Assembly: GCA_964536865.1 (NCBI GenBank)
Contig: CAZHYN010000013.1
Location: 19,100 to 43,099 of the forward strand
Length of the DNA stretch: 24,000 bases
Direction of reading: 5' to 3'
DNA from: an uncultured Planctomycetia bacterium
GTDB taxonomy: Bacteria; Omnitrophota; Gorgyraeia; Duberdicusellales; 4484-171
Positions 5,902-14,011 of the stretch are shown here, in pieces. Both the position numbers and the translations under genes were made by a program. Position 1 is the first letter of the stretch; each line of letters starts with the position of its first letter. Below the pieces are notes generated by a model. It made no database searches and was not told the origin of the DNA. It was given only the letters and a program-made list of their open reading frames with translations.

Positions 5902-7870
5902 TTTTTCTGAGGTTATCCTCTATTATCTTCAGAAATTCGTTATCTACTCTAAACCCTAAAGATTTAGCAATCAAAGCATACTTTCTTGCCAAATCCCATC
6001 GGGGAGGAATTAAAGAAGCATAAACTACAGCTAAGTCATTATAAGCAGGGGCAAAACTAGGGTCAATGCTAATTACTTTTTTAAATTCGGAGAGTGCTCT
6101 GCCATCTCCTATTCTTGCATAAAGAGTACCTAAATAGTAATGAGAATTCCGATGCTTGGGATTAAAGTATATTGATTTTTTGTACATCTCTATTGCTTTT
6201 TTATAGTTGTTTTTCTCTTGAAAGATTTGTGCTAAACCATAATAGCCTCCATAGTAAGTAGGATTTATCTGAATTGCTTTTTTAAACATTTCTTTTGCTT
6301 TAAAAAGATTTCCTTCCTTAAGGTAAAAGAAGGCTAAGTTACATCCAGCTTCCACAGAGGCAGGGTAGAGCTGTAGTTCTCTAAGCCAGGCTTCCTCAGC
6401 CTTCTTTTTCTTACCCATTTTTGAATAAATGATCCCTAATAAATTATAACTACCCATAGGCGGAATTTTCACTGATTTGGTAGCATCGTTTATTAACTTT
6501 AACGCTTTTTCGTATTTTCTCTGTTTTATGTAGATGTGCGCTAAATTGCCTCTAGCATTAACTATACTCTCTATCCTATCTGCAGTATTTATTGCTTTTA
6601 TAAATTCTTTTTCTGCTTGGAATGTGGCTCCCATCTTTAGATACACCAGTCCTAACTGATTAAGAATGGTTGCTGATTTAGGGTTTCTCTGTGCAGAGAT
6701 TTTCCAGAAAACTAAGGGATTTCTGTATTCATAGCTTCTAATTAGAGTAAAAGATGCCAAGATAGAGATAATTCCTATAACGAAATAGGTAAAGTACTTG
6801 GTATACTTTAGATAGATTCTTCTTAAGATACTTATCAAAACTATATAGATGCCTATACTAGAAAGATAAAAATGGTGCTCCATAGCAGGGAAGCTAAGCC
6901 GGGCATAAAATTTGGGAAGCAAACCTATAAGCAGCCAGCTTAATCCGATACTTATTAAGAAGTTCTTCTTAATAAAGAGGAGAGCTAAGATAATTAAACC
7001 TACTATTCCTAAGGTTGAGAATAATACAGGGAAATGAAAAAGAGAACCAAACTCCGGAAGATAGTGAATGATATTTAAGGAATGAGGGAGAACGAGTAAT
7101 TTAAAGTAAAGAAGAGTTACTACCGACTGAAGAAGAATGTTTTGGTAGTAAGAACGAGGTATCCTTGCAGGAGTGGAGGAAAAGACCTTCGATTTATAGA
7201 TGAGATACAGTAAAGTAATTAAAACTATTCCTATGTAGACAAACTTTCTTTTCCCTATATCTTTTTTAGAAAGAGGATAGTCTTTTATAAAGTAGATAAA
7301 CTCATAGCTTAATATCAAAAGCGGAAAACATAGCCCTGTTTCCTTAGTTAGCAGAGAAAATACATACAGTAAACAACTTAAAGCATATCTTTTCTTTAAA
7401 TAAAGTAAGAATCCCCCCAAAATAAAAAAAGTTACCATCAAATCCGACCTACTAGATATGTAACTGACCGCTTCGGTATTTATAGGGTGAACTAAAAACA
7501 AAAGGATTATAAGAAAGGCTAAGGTTTTGGGGGTATCTTTTTTTAGAGAAGTTAATAAAAAGTAGAGAAGAGTAGCATTTAAGAAGTGAAGAAGAACATT
7601 TATGATGCGGTACCCCACAGGGTTAAGACCTCCACCCCAATAATTAAAAGCAAAACTAAGCATAAGAAGAGGTCTACACATTCCTTTGGGGATGGGGTAG
7701 CTGGTAACATATCCTTTAAAAAACAGAGGGAAGTATTTTGGATTTTTTATGAAGGTGTTATTTACAATCATATGGTTGTCATCAAATAGGAAAGATCCAT
7801 TTAAGGAAGGTAGGTATATAAGAAAAGATAGACTTGCAAAAATAATTATAAAGATTTTCTCTATTTTCAT
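5891..7870 (-). CDS. TMTC/PMT-like GT-C fold glycosyltransferase fused to C-terminal TPR repeats, paralog 1
   Basis: Same architecture as the neighbour (FLFDDNHMIVNN loop, multi-TM core, TPR tail such as AIEMYKKSIYFNPKHRNSHY). 147 aa are identical to the neighbour and the rest is roughly 35-40% identical by eye. Confidence 0.7.
   Translation of the reverse strand: MKIEKIFIIIFASLSFLIYLPSLNGSFLFDDNHMIVNNTFIKNPKYFPLFFKGYVTSYPIPKGMCRPLLMLSFAFNYWGGGLNPVGYRIINVLLHFLNATLLYFLLTSLKKDTPKTLAFLIILLFLVHPINTEAVSYISSRSDLMVTFFILGGFLLYLKKRYALSCLLYVFSLLTKETGLCFPLLILSYEFIYFIKDYPLSKKDIGKRKFVYIGIVLITLLYLIYKSKVFSSTPARIPRSYYQNILLQSVVTLLYFKLLVLPHSLNIIHYLPEFGSLFHFPVLFSTLGIVGLIILALLFIKKNFLISIGLSWLLIGLLPKFYARLSFPAMEHHFYLSSIGIYIVLISILRRIYLKYTKYFTYFVIGIISILASFTLIRSYEYRNPLVFWKISAQRNPKSATILNQLGLVYLKMGATFQAEKEFIKAINTADRIESIVNARGNLAHIYIKQRKYEKALKLINDATKSVKIPPMGSYNLLGIIYSKMGKKKKAEEAWLRELQLYPASVEAGCNLAFFYLKEGNLFKAKEMFKKAIQINPTYYGGYYGLAQIFQEKNNYKKAIEMYKKSIYFNPKHRNSHYYLGTLYARIGDGRALSEFKKVISIDPSFAPAYNDLAVVYASLIPPRWDLARKYALIAKSLGFRVDNEFLKIIEDNLRKSEK
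7313..7753. repeat. 441-bp block, copy B, identical to 5338-5778
   Basis: See copy A. It encodes residues FIKNPKYFPLFFKGY...TKETGLCFPLLI in both paralogs. Confidence 0.95.
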
Positions 7871-7958
7871 AAACTTACTTTAAAATTATATCATATACTT
7901 TCTGTAATTTATAATAAAATCAGAGAAAGAAGATACCGAATAGAGAAGAATAAAATAC

Positions 7959-7987
7959 TTGTCAAAATTTAAAAAGATTTTATTATA
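7959..7987 (+). promoter_or_regulatory. Possible promoter for the GT2 gene, positioned for a leaderless or near-leaderless mRNA
   Basis: TTGTCA 7959-7964, 17-nt spacer, ATTATA 7982-7987, then 6 nt to ATG 7994. No Shine-Dalgarno sequence is visible. Confidence 0.3.
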
Positions 7988-7993
7988 AAATTG

Positions 7994-8854
7994 ATGGGAG
8001 TAACAGTCATTTTGCCTGCTTATAACGAAGCTAAGAATCTGGAAGAGCTCTTACCGAAAGTTTTTCAAGTCTTAAGTGGGAATAATGTAGAGATTATTGT
8101 TGTAGATGATGCTTCCCAAGATAATACTTCCGAAGTAGCTGAAAAATACGGAGCCAAAGTAATAAGAAATCCTTATAATATGGGAAACGGAGCAAGTATA
8201 AAAAGAGGAATAAGAGAGGCAAAAAATGAGATATTAGTTTTAATGGATGCCGATGGTCAGCATCCTCCAGAGGAGATCCCTAAACTACTTAAAGATTTGA
8301 ATAGTTTTGATATGGTGATAGGGGCACGTTTAAATACTCCTCAAGTGTGGTGGCGCTATTTTGCTAATAAAATGTATAACTTTTTAGCTTCCTATGTGAG
8401 TGGGATAAGAATAAAGGATTTAACTTCGGGATTTAGGGGAGTTAAGAAGAGCAGAGTAGTTAAATTTTTATACCTTTTACCAAATACCTTTTCTTATCCT
8501 TCTACTTTAACTTTATCTTTTATAAAAGCTGCCTATCCGATAAAATTTGTCCCTATTAGAGTTTTGCCAAGAAGAGAAGGGAGAAGCAAAATCAATCTCT
8601 TAAGTGATGGATTAAGGTTTTTTATTATTATTGTACGTATTGCTGTCTTTTTTTCTCCCTTAAAAGTATTTTTACCAATAGCTTTGTTTTTCTTTCTCTG
8701 TGGGTTTTTCTATTACCTCTACACGTTTTTGAGTTTCCACCGTTTTACAAACATGAGTGCGGTGCTTCTTACAACCTCGGTGATAATTTTTATGTTAGGC
8801 TTAGTATCAGAACAGATAGCGAATTTGAGGATGGAAAAAATAGATGATAGATAA
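7994..8854 (+). CDS. GT2-family polyprenyl-phosphate glycosyltransferase (Dpm1/GtrB/ArnC-like) with C-terminal TM helices
   Basis: VTVILPAYNEAKNLEELLP, VVDDASQDNT and the DXD motif LMDADGQH, plus two C-terminal hydrophobic helices (FFIIIVRIAVFF..., AVLLTTSVIIFMLGLVSEQI). ATG 7994 is preferred over the TTG 7991 of the ORF track. Confidence 0.85.
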   Translation: MGVTVILPAYNEAKNLEELLPKVFQVLSGNNVEIIVVDDASQDNTSEVAEKYGAKVIRNPYNMGNGASIKRGIREAKNEILVLMDADGQHPPEEIPKLLKDLNSFDMVIGARLNTPQVWWRYFANKMYNFLASYVSGIRIKDLTSGFRGVKKSRVVKFLYLLPNTFSYPSTLTLSFIKAAYPIKFVPIRVLPRREGRSKINLLSDGLRFFIIIVRIAVFFSPLKVFLPIALFFFLCGFFYYLYTFLSFHRFTNMSAVLLTTSVIIFMLGLVSEQIANLRMEKIDDR

Positions 8855-8911
8855 GAACCCTCTCTATTCTTTTCTTATGTTTCTACAGAAGGATATCTTC
8901 TCTCAATCCTT

Positions 8912-9985
8912 ATGAGTAAGAAAAGGATGTTAATAATTTCTCTCTCCGGAATAGGAAATACTCTGTTAGCTTTACCATTTTTAACCTCATTAAAAGATAA
9001 CTTCTCCTCTGCTCAAATAGATTTGGTGTGTTTAACCCAAGGCATAGTCGAGTTATTAAGCCCCAGGGGCCTTATAGATAACTTTTATGTATTTTCTAGA
9101 AACATAGTCAAAGTTTTATTTATGATTCTTAGATTAAGAAGAAATAAATATCTTTATTCATTTACTATATTTCCTTCCAACAAGTGGCAATTTGATTTAG
9201 TGGCATTTATGATAGGAGCAAGGTATAGGGTCACTCATTGTTATAAGTATAGGAGCAAGATAAACTTAAGTTTTCTTCAAAACATAAGAATTAAGGCAGA
9301 GGAAACTCTTCATGATGTCGAGCAAAATCTAAATTTTTTGAAGATTTTCAATATCAATTCTAGCCAAAGGGAGGTAGAACTATTTTTAGATGATAGAGAG
9401 TTAGCTTTTGCTGAAGATTTTCTTAAAAATAAAGGGTTACAGGAAGCATTCTTAGTTGGTATTCACCCGGGAGGAGGGGGGCGATTAAGTAAAAAATGGC
9501 AGGGAAGGTTTAAAAGGTGGCCAGTGAGCTATTTCTCTAAACTCTGTGATAGGCTAATAGAGCAAAAGGGAACTAAGATCTTAATATTTGGGGGAAGAGA
9601 GGAGAGTGAAATCAAGAAGGAGGTGAAAAGAATAGCTAGTCACAAAGAGAGCCTTTTTATCATTGAGGAACTATCTTTAAGGAGAGTTTCTGCACTCATT
9701 AAAAAATGTAAATTATTTATTTCTAATGATACTGCTTTAATGCATATCAGTGCTGCCTTAGGTGTTTCTACACTAGGTATTTTTGGTCCTACTAACTGGC
9801 GAAGAACCGCTCCTTATTCTAATTCCGGTTATTATATTTCTTCAGATATTCCTTGTTCTCCCTGTTTAAAATATCCCTTTTTTTCTAGTAGCAGTAAGAT
9901 CAAATGTAATAAAGGAGTAAAATGTTTGAAGGAAATTACTGTAGAAAAAGTTATGGATAAATTAAAAGAGTTGAATTTGATATGA
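8912..9985 (+). CDS. GT9-family glycosyltransferase (ADP-heptose:LPS heptosyltransferase-like)
   Basis: N-terminal LIISLSGIGNTLLALPFLTSLK, then GIHPGGGG...KRWP and the C-terminal ISNDTALMHISAALGVSTLGIFGPT signature typical of RfaF/RfaC-type enzymes. Confidence 0.8.
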   Translation: MSKKRMLIISLSGIGNTLLALPFLTSLKDNFSSAQIDLVCLTQGIVELLSPRGLIDNFYVFSRNIVKVLFMILRLRRNKYLYSFTIFPSNKWQFDLVAFMIGARYRVTHCYKYRSKINLSFLQNIRIKAEETLHDVEQNLNFLKIFNINSSQREVELFLDDRELAFAEDFLKNKGLQEAFLVGIHPGGGGRLSKKWQGRFKRWPVSYFSKLCDRLIEQKGTKILIFGGREESEIKKEVKRIASHKESLFIIEELSLRRVSALIKKCKLFISNDTALMHISAALGVSTLGIFGPTNWRRTAPYSNSGYYISSDIPCSPCLKYPFFSSSSKIKCNKGVKCLKEITVEKVMDKLKELNLI

Positions 9986-10072
9986 GATTTTTCCTTACGA
10001 AAATATTTTTAAAAGTATAGTAAACAGAAACACTCTTTTTATTTGGAGGAGGAGATAATAGAATAAATACCA

Positions 10073-11170
10073 ATGATAAAAGTCTTAGGGATATCTAGAG
10101 AGTTTCCTCCTTATGATAAAGGAGGAGAGGGGAGAGTATTAGAATATCTGGCTAAGTATTCAAAAAAGTTTGAGGTAGATTTAACAGTAGTTACTGGTTA
10201 TCCTTTCCTAAAAAGCTATAAAGAAAGTTATAATGGTATCCAAGTCTACCGTGTTCCTATGATAGGTGATAATTTCTTGACCAAAATTCCGACATTCGCT
10301 TATTTTCTCTGGCAAATTTTAAAAAATATTCAAGATAAATTCGATCTTATCTATAGTATTTCTGTACCAATATTTGGAAAATTAAAAAAACCACTGATAG
10401 CTCATTTCCAAAATACTAGATACGGAGAGTATATAGCCTGCAGGATGATAAAGAAGAAGATTTATGCCTTTTTAAATAAGATATACATTCCTTTTAATAA
10501 GATTCTTCTAAAGAAAGCTGATGGAGTATTTGTTCTTTCCAGAAATATGATTGAAGAAATTAAAGCCATGAAAGATTGTGAAGGAAAAGAAGTTGTTGTA
10601 ATTCCCAATGGAGTTGATACGGAGCTCTTTAAGCCATCTGGGGAGAGAAGATTTACCTCTCAAGAAAAGAAAGTTCTCTACGTAGGTAGGTTAGACGTGA
10701 GAAAAGGTATAAGTACTCTTTTTTATGCTCTTAAGGAGGTAACAAAGAGAGTAAAAGTAAAGTTGTTAATTGCAGGAGAGGGTAGGGAGAAAATTAGGTT
10801 AACCGCTTTAGCTAAAGCTTTATCCCTGCCAGTTGAATTTTTAGGGAAGATAACTTATCATGATTTGCCTCAAATTTATGAGAGGGCAGATTTATTTGTT
10901 TTACCATCCTTATATGAGCCCTTTGGTATGGTGGCTTTAGAGGCAATGGCGTGTGGGACACCTACCGTTGTCTCCACGGCTTGTCCTATTGAGAGGGTAC
11001 CTAAATTTAAAAAAGGAAGTGCGAAGGATCTTGCCGACTTACTTTTAAGTATACTTTCTTCAGAGGAAAAGTTAGTTGAGATTTCTCACCAATGTAGGGA
11101 AATAGCAAAAAGATACGATTGGGAAAACATTATTTCTAAAATTGTCACTTTCTTTAGGAAATTTGTTTAG
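10073..11170 (+). CDS. GT4-family (GT-B, group 1) glycosyltransferase
   Basis: C-terminal EX7E-type region LPSLYEPFGMVALEAMACGTPTVVS and LLIAGEG. The frame is closed upstream by TAA 10064-10066. Confidence 0.85.
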   Translation: MIKVLGISREFPPYDKGGEGRVLEYLAKYSKKFEVDLTVVTGYPFLKSYKESYNGIQVYRVPMIGDNFLTKIPTFAYFLWQILKNIQDKFDLIYSISVPIFGKLKKPLIAHFQNTRYGEYIACRMIKKKIYAFLNKIYIPFNKILLKKADGVFVLSRNMIEEIKAMKDCEGKEVVVIPNGVDTELFKPSGERRFTSQEKKVLYVGRLDVRKGISTLFYALKEVTKRVKVKLLIAGEGREKIRLTALAKALSLPVEFLGKITYHDLPQIYERADLFVLPSLYEPFGMVALEAMACGTPTVVSTACPIERVPKFKKGSAKDLADLLLSILSSEEKLVEISHQCREIAKRYDWENIISKIVTFFRKFV

Positions 11171-11178
11171 AGATAAAG

Positions 11179-11829
11179 ATGAATTATAGACAAGCCTTAG
11201 AGGATTCAGCAAAAATAGAGAGGAACATTCTCAGCCAGTATGAGGAGTTTAAAAAAATAATCTTAGAGAATGTAAGAGGTAAGTGTTTAGAAATTGGTTG
11301 TGGTGATGGTTTAACAACCGAGTTTTTAAAGAGATATACCTCTAGCCTAATTTCTCTTGATCTCTCATATAGAAGAATCAAGATAGCAAAAAAAGTAAAT
11401 CCAGAGATACCGTTTACCCTTTCTGACGCTAGAAACCTCCCCTTTAAAGATGAATTCTTTGATAGTGTATGTGCATTTGAAGTAATAGAGCATCTACCTT
11501 CTTACTTCGATCATCATAAATTTTTAAAAGAAGTGAGGAGAGTTTTAAAGAAGGGGGGAGTATTTATTGTATCCACACCTAACAGACTTGTATTTAGAAT
11601 TTATTGTAGATTACTAGGAGAGAAACATACTACCCATTTTTCTGAGCTTACCTACTTCCAGTTTCGAAAGATACTTAGAGAGTACTTTACCCCAGTTAAG
11701 CTCTATGGCCAGTTTGGCTGGCTATCTCTTTTTTATAAGTTGCCCCCTGTGAAGCTGATTCATTTTCTCTTGAGTAAGCTAACTTTTCTCTGTAAAGGAT
11801 TATTAGGGGTGTGTGTAAAACTAACCTAG
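11179..11829 (+). CDS. Class I SAM-dependent methyltransferase (Methyltransf_11-like)
   Basis: Motif I CLEIGCGDG, post-I LDLS, then FDSVCAFEVIEHL and LKKGGVFIVSTPN. Confidence 0.85.
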   Translation: MNYRQALEDSAKIERNILSQYEEFKKIILENVRGKCLEIGCGDGLTTEFLKRYTSSLISLDLSYRRIKIAKKVNPEIPFTLSDARNLPFKDEFFDSVCAFEVIEHLPSYFDHHKFLKEVRRVLKKGGVFIVSTPNRLVFRIYCRLLGEKHTTHFSELTYFQFRKILREYFTPVKLYGQFGWLSLFYKLPPVKLIHFLLSKLTFLCKGLLGVCVKLT

Positions 11830-11830
11830 A

Positions 11831-12622
11831 ATGGAAATAATTTTTATACCCATAATCCTTCTCTTGATGTCCTCTTTGGGAGCAGTAAATTTTTATCTCT
11901 TCGTAGGGAGGCAGGTGAGCATAAAAGAATCATTTAAACTAGTGACTTCAGCATTAGCGCTTAATAAGCTTCTTTTTACTGGTTCAGGATATCTAGTTTC
12001 AAGTTTCTTCTCTCGAAGTAAAAATTTACCTTTTTATAAGACCCTGACCGTTTTTGCATTTCTAGAATTTATGGGCAATTCTTTGTGGTTAATTTTAGGT
12101 ATTTATTTTGGCGCCAAGTTAGCTATAAGGGTGCCCTTAGCTCTTATAATAATATTGATTATCTTTGGTATCACCTTTCTATTTAAAAGACATAAATTTA
12201 TTCTATTCTTTAAAAATATTTTGCAATACTTTAAGGAAGTGGGTGCTAGGATTTTTCTTATCCTCCCCTTTACGATTACCAATGTATTTTTAGTAGTTCT
12301 TTATTATTTTTTTCTTTTTCGTTTCTTTTCTTTCCATACGGGAATTCCCTCTATTTTAAAAATTGTTTCTGTTTCTTTTACTATAGGGTACCTATCTCCT
12401 GCTCCTTCAGGTATTGGCTTCAAAGATACGGGATTGGTATTACTTCTGGTAAGAGAAGGGATCGATCTTCCTGGAGCTTTATCTATTGCTATATGGGATA
12501 GATTGATTACCACTTTTTTCTGGATATCATTAGGAGGAGTGGTGGGTTTTAATTTGATTAAAGAAGTGATGAAGGAGAAATTTAAGATAAAACTAAAGAG
12601 TAAAGAAAGTAAGAATTTATAA
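11831..12622 (+). CDS. Polytopic membrane protein, flippase-like / UPF0104 (LPG-synthase TM-region-like) family
   Basis: About 8 hydrophobic segments. The GYLSPAPSGIGFKDTG loop resembles the conserved P-x-P-G-G-x-G-x-x-E loop of UPF0104 proteins. ATG lies 1 nt after the methyltransferase stop. Confidence 0.5.
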   Translation: MEIIFIPIILLLMSSLGAVNFYLFVGRQVSIKESFKLVTSALALNKLLFTGSGYLVSSFFSRSKNLPFYKTLTVFAFLEFMGNSLWLILGIYFGAKLAIRVPLALIIILIIFGITFLFKRHKFILFFKNILQYFKEVGARIFLILPFTITNVFLVVLYYFFLFRFFSFHTGIPSILKIVSVSFTIGYLSPAPSGIGFKDTGLVLLLVREGIDLPGALSIAIWDRLITTFFWISLGGVVGFNLIKEVMKEKFKIKLKSKESKNL

Positions 12623-12720
12623 ATTCTCTTTTTACTTGTAATACAATGTTTATAGATTAAAGTTGATAATAATGCACAAGAAAAGTAAAATAAAAGGCTA
12701 CAGGAGCTTTGTGTTGAGAG

Positions 12721-13299
12721 ATGTTTACAGGAATTGTTAAAGATATAGGAAGAGTAAAAAAGATTGTAAAGAGGGTAAACTTATGGAGGGTAGGAATTAA
12801 CTGTCTGAGACTCTATAAAGAAAGTTCTTTATCTGATAGTATCTCTGTAAATGGGGTATGTCTTACCTTGACTGAAAAAAAACAAGACTTGCTTTTCTTT
12901 GATATAATAAAGTCTACTCTGGAGAATACTAATTTAAAAAGATTAAAGATCGGCTCTTACGTTAATATTGAGCTCTCTTTGAAAGTAGGTGAGAGAGTAG
13001 GTGGACACTTCGTTTTAGGTCACGTGGATTGTGAGTCGAAAATAAAGAGCATAAAGCACAAAAGAGATTTTTATACTTTTGAAATTGAGCTTCCTAAAAG
13101 ATTTAAAAACCTAATTACAGAGAAAGGTTCAATTGCTGTTGAGGGAATTAGTTTAACCCTTCAAGAAATAAATCCTACATCTTTTGCTATTGACGTAATT
13201 CCCTATACCTTTGCACATACCAATTTAAAATATAAGAAAGTAGGAGACTGGGTTAATTTAGAATTTGACTACCTTCTTAAATCAACTATTAATAGGTAA
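12721..13299 (+). CDS. ribE: Riboflavin synthase (alpha chain)
   Basis: MFTGIV N-terminus, duplicated lumazine-binding repeats (SISVNGVCLTL / SIAVEGISLTL), and GGHFVLGHVD. Confidence 0.9.
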   Translation: MFTGIVKDIGRVKKIVKRVNLWRVGINCLRLYKESSLSDSISVNGVCLTLTEKKQDLLFFDIIKSTLENTNLKRLKIGSYVNIELSLKVGERVGGHFVLGHVDCESKIKSIKHKRDFYTFEIELPKRFKNLITEKGSIAVEGISLTLQEINPTSFAIDVIPYTFAHTNLKYKKVGDWVNLEFDYLLKSTINR

Positions 13300-13304
13300 T
13301 TTTT

Positions 13305-13381
13305 CGGGGCGTAGCTCAGGTGGTTTTAAGAGCACTTGGTTCGGGACCAAGAGGTCAGCAGTTCAAATCTGCTCGCCCCGA
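13305..13381 (+). tRNA. tRNA-Pro (anticodon CGG)
   Basis: Cloverleaf read by hand: acceptor CGGGGCG/CGCCCCG, D-stem GCTC/GAGC with a 12-nt loop, anticodon stem CTTGG/CCAAG with loop TTCGGGA (CGG, G37), T-arm AGCAG-TTCAAAT-CTGCT, discriminator A. CCA is not encoded. Confidence 0.9.
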
Positions 13382-13498
13382 TCTTAATTTAATGAGAGAG
13401 TAGATATAAAAATCAAGAGTTCTCCAAACTCAGCTTTTTGTCTTAAAGAAAACTTGAGTTGACATTTGAGATATGAAAGTGAAATAGATTAACTCTTA

Positions 13499-13527
13499 TT
13501 GAAAGAAGTTGACTTTTATGGTATAAA
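13499..13527 (+). promoter_or_regulatory. Putative ssrA promoter
   Basis: TTGAAA 13499-13504, 17-nt spacer, extended -10 TGgTATAAA (13519-13527). The predicted start is about 12 nt upstream of the mature tmRNA 5' end, consistent with RNase P processing. Confidence 0.4.
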
Positions 13528-13546
13528 TATATTGCTCTTAGAAAAT

Positions 13547-13908
13547 GGGGGTGAAAGGGCCTCGACTCAATAAGCAGGGAAGGAGTTGCATGCCAGCGGG
13601 TAGACCAGCTGTTTAAGAGGTCTACACCAAATAAAGGCAACAAGCTATGCCTCTACTCCTGCTTACGCAGTTTGTTAAGCAGGGCTCTTAATCCTGTTTG
13701 TCTCTGACGGGATTAAGGGTTCGGTAAGAGAGACTAGAGGTAGATTCTTAACCTTGGGGATTTACCTCGAAAAATCAACAAGGTTGCTTTCTAACAGATC
13801 CTGTCTCTCGGAGCTGTTAGAGAAAAGATCAAAAGAGAGACTAAGCATGTAGTAGGCTCCTCTTTTAGCTTATTGAGGACGCGGGTTCGATTCCCGCCAC
13901 CTCCACCA
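13547..13908 (+). ncRNA. ssrA: tmRNA (SsrA), one-piece, CCA encoded
   Basis: 5' GGGGGTG pairs with 3' CACCTCC, including the G3:U wobble. T-arm GGACGCGGGTTCGATTCCCGCC, then ACCA. PK1-like GTAGACC/GGTCTAC lies before the tag frame GCA..TAA (13637-13678). Helix-5-like CCTGCTTA/TAAGCAGG carries the stop codon. Confidence 0.92.
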
Positions 13909-14011
13909 TTATCTCTTATTTTCTTTTGTTCCTTCCTGATACAATTTTTCTGCTAAGATCTAGTAAATATAGAATTTGGCAAAGAAAGAGTTCTTTTATA
14001 TAATAATTTAT

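Noticed and set aside
12623-12720. FMN (RFN) riboswitch upstream of ribE
   Set aside because: The gap is only 98 nt, shorter than an RFN element plus its expression platform. I could not find the conserved RFN core segments or any GC-rich helices.
13443-13643. 66-aa minus-strand ORF
   Set aside because: It is antisense to the 5' third of the tmRNA and its promoter. The tmRNA call is much better supported.
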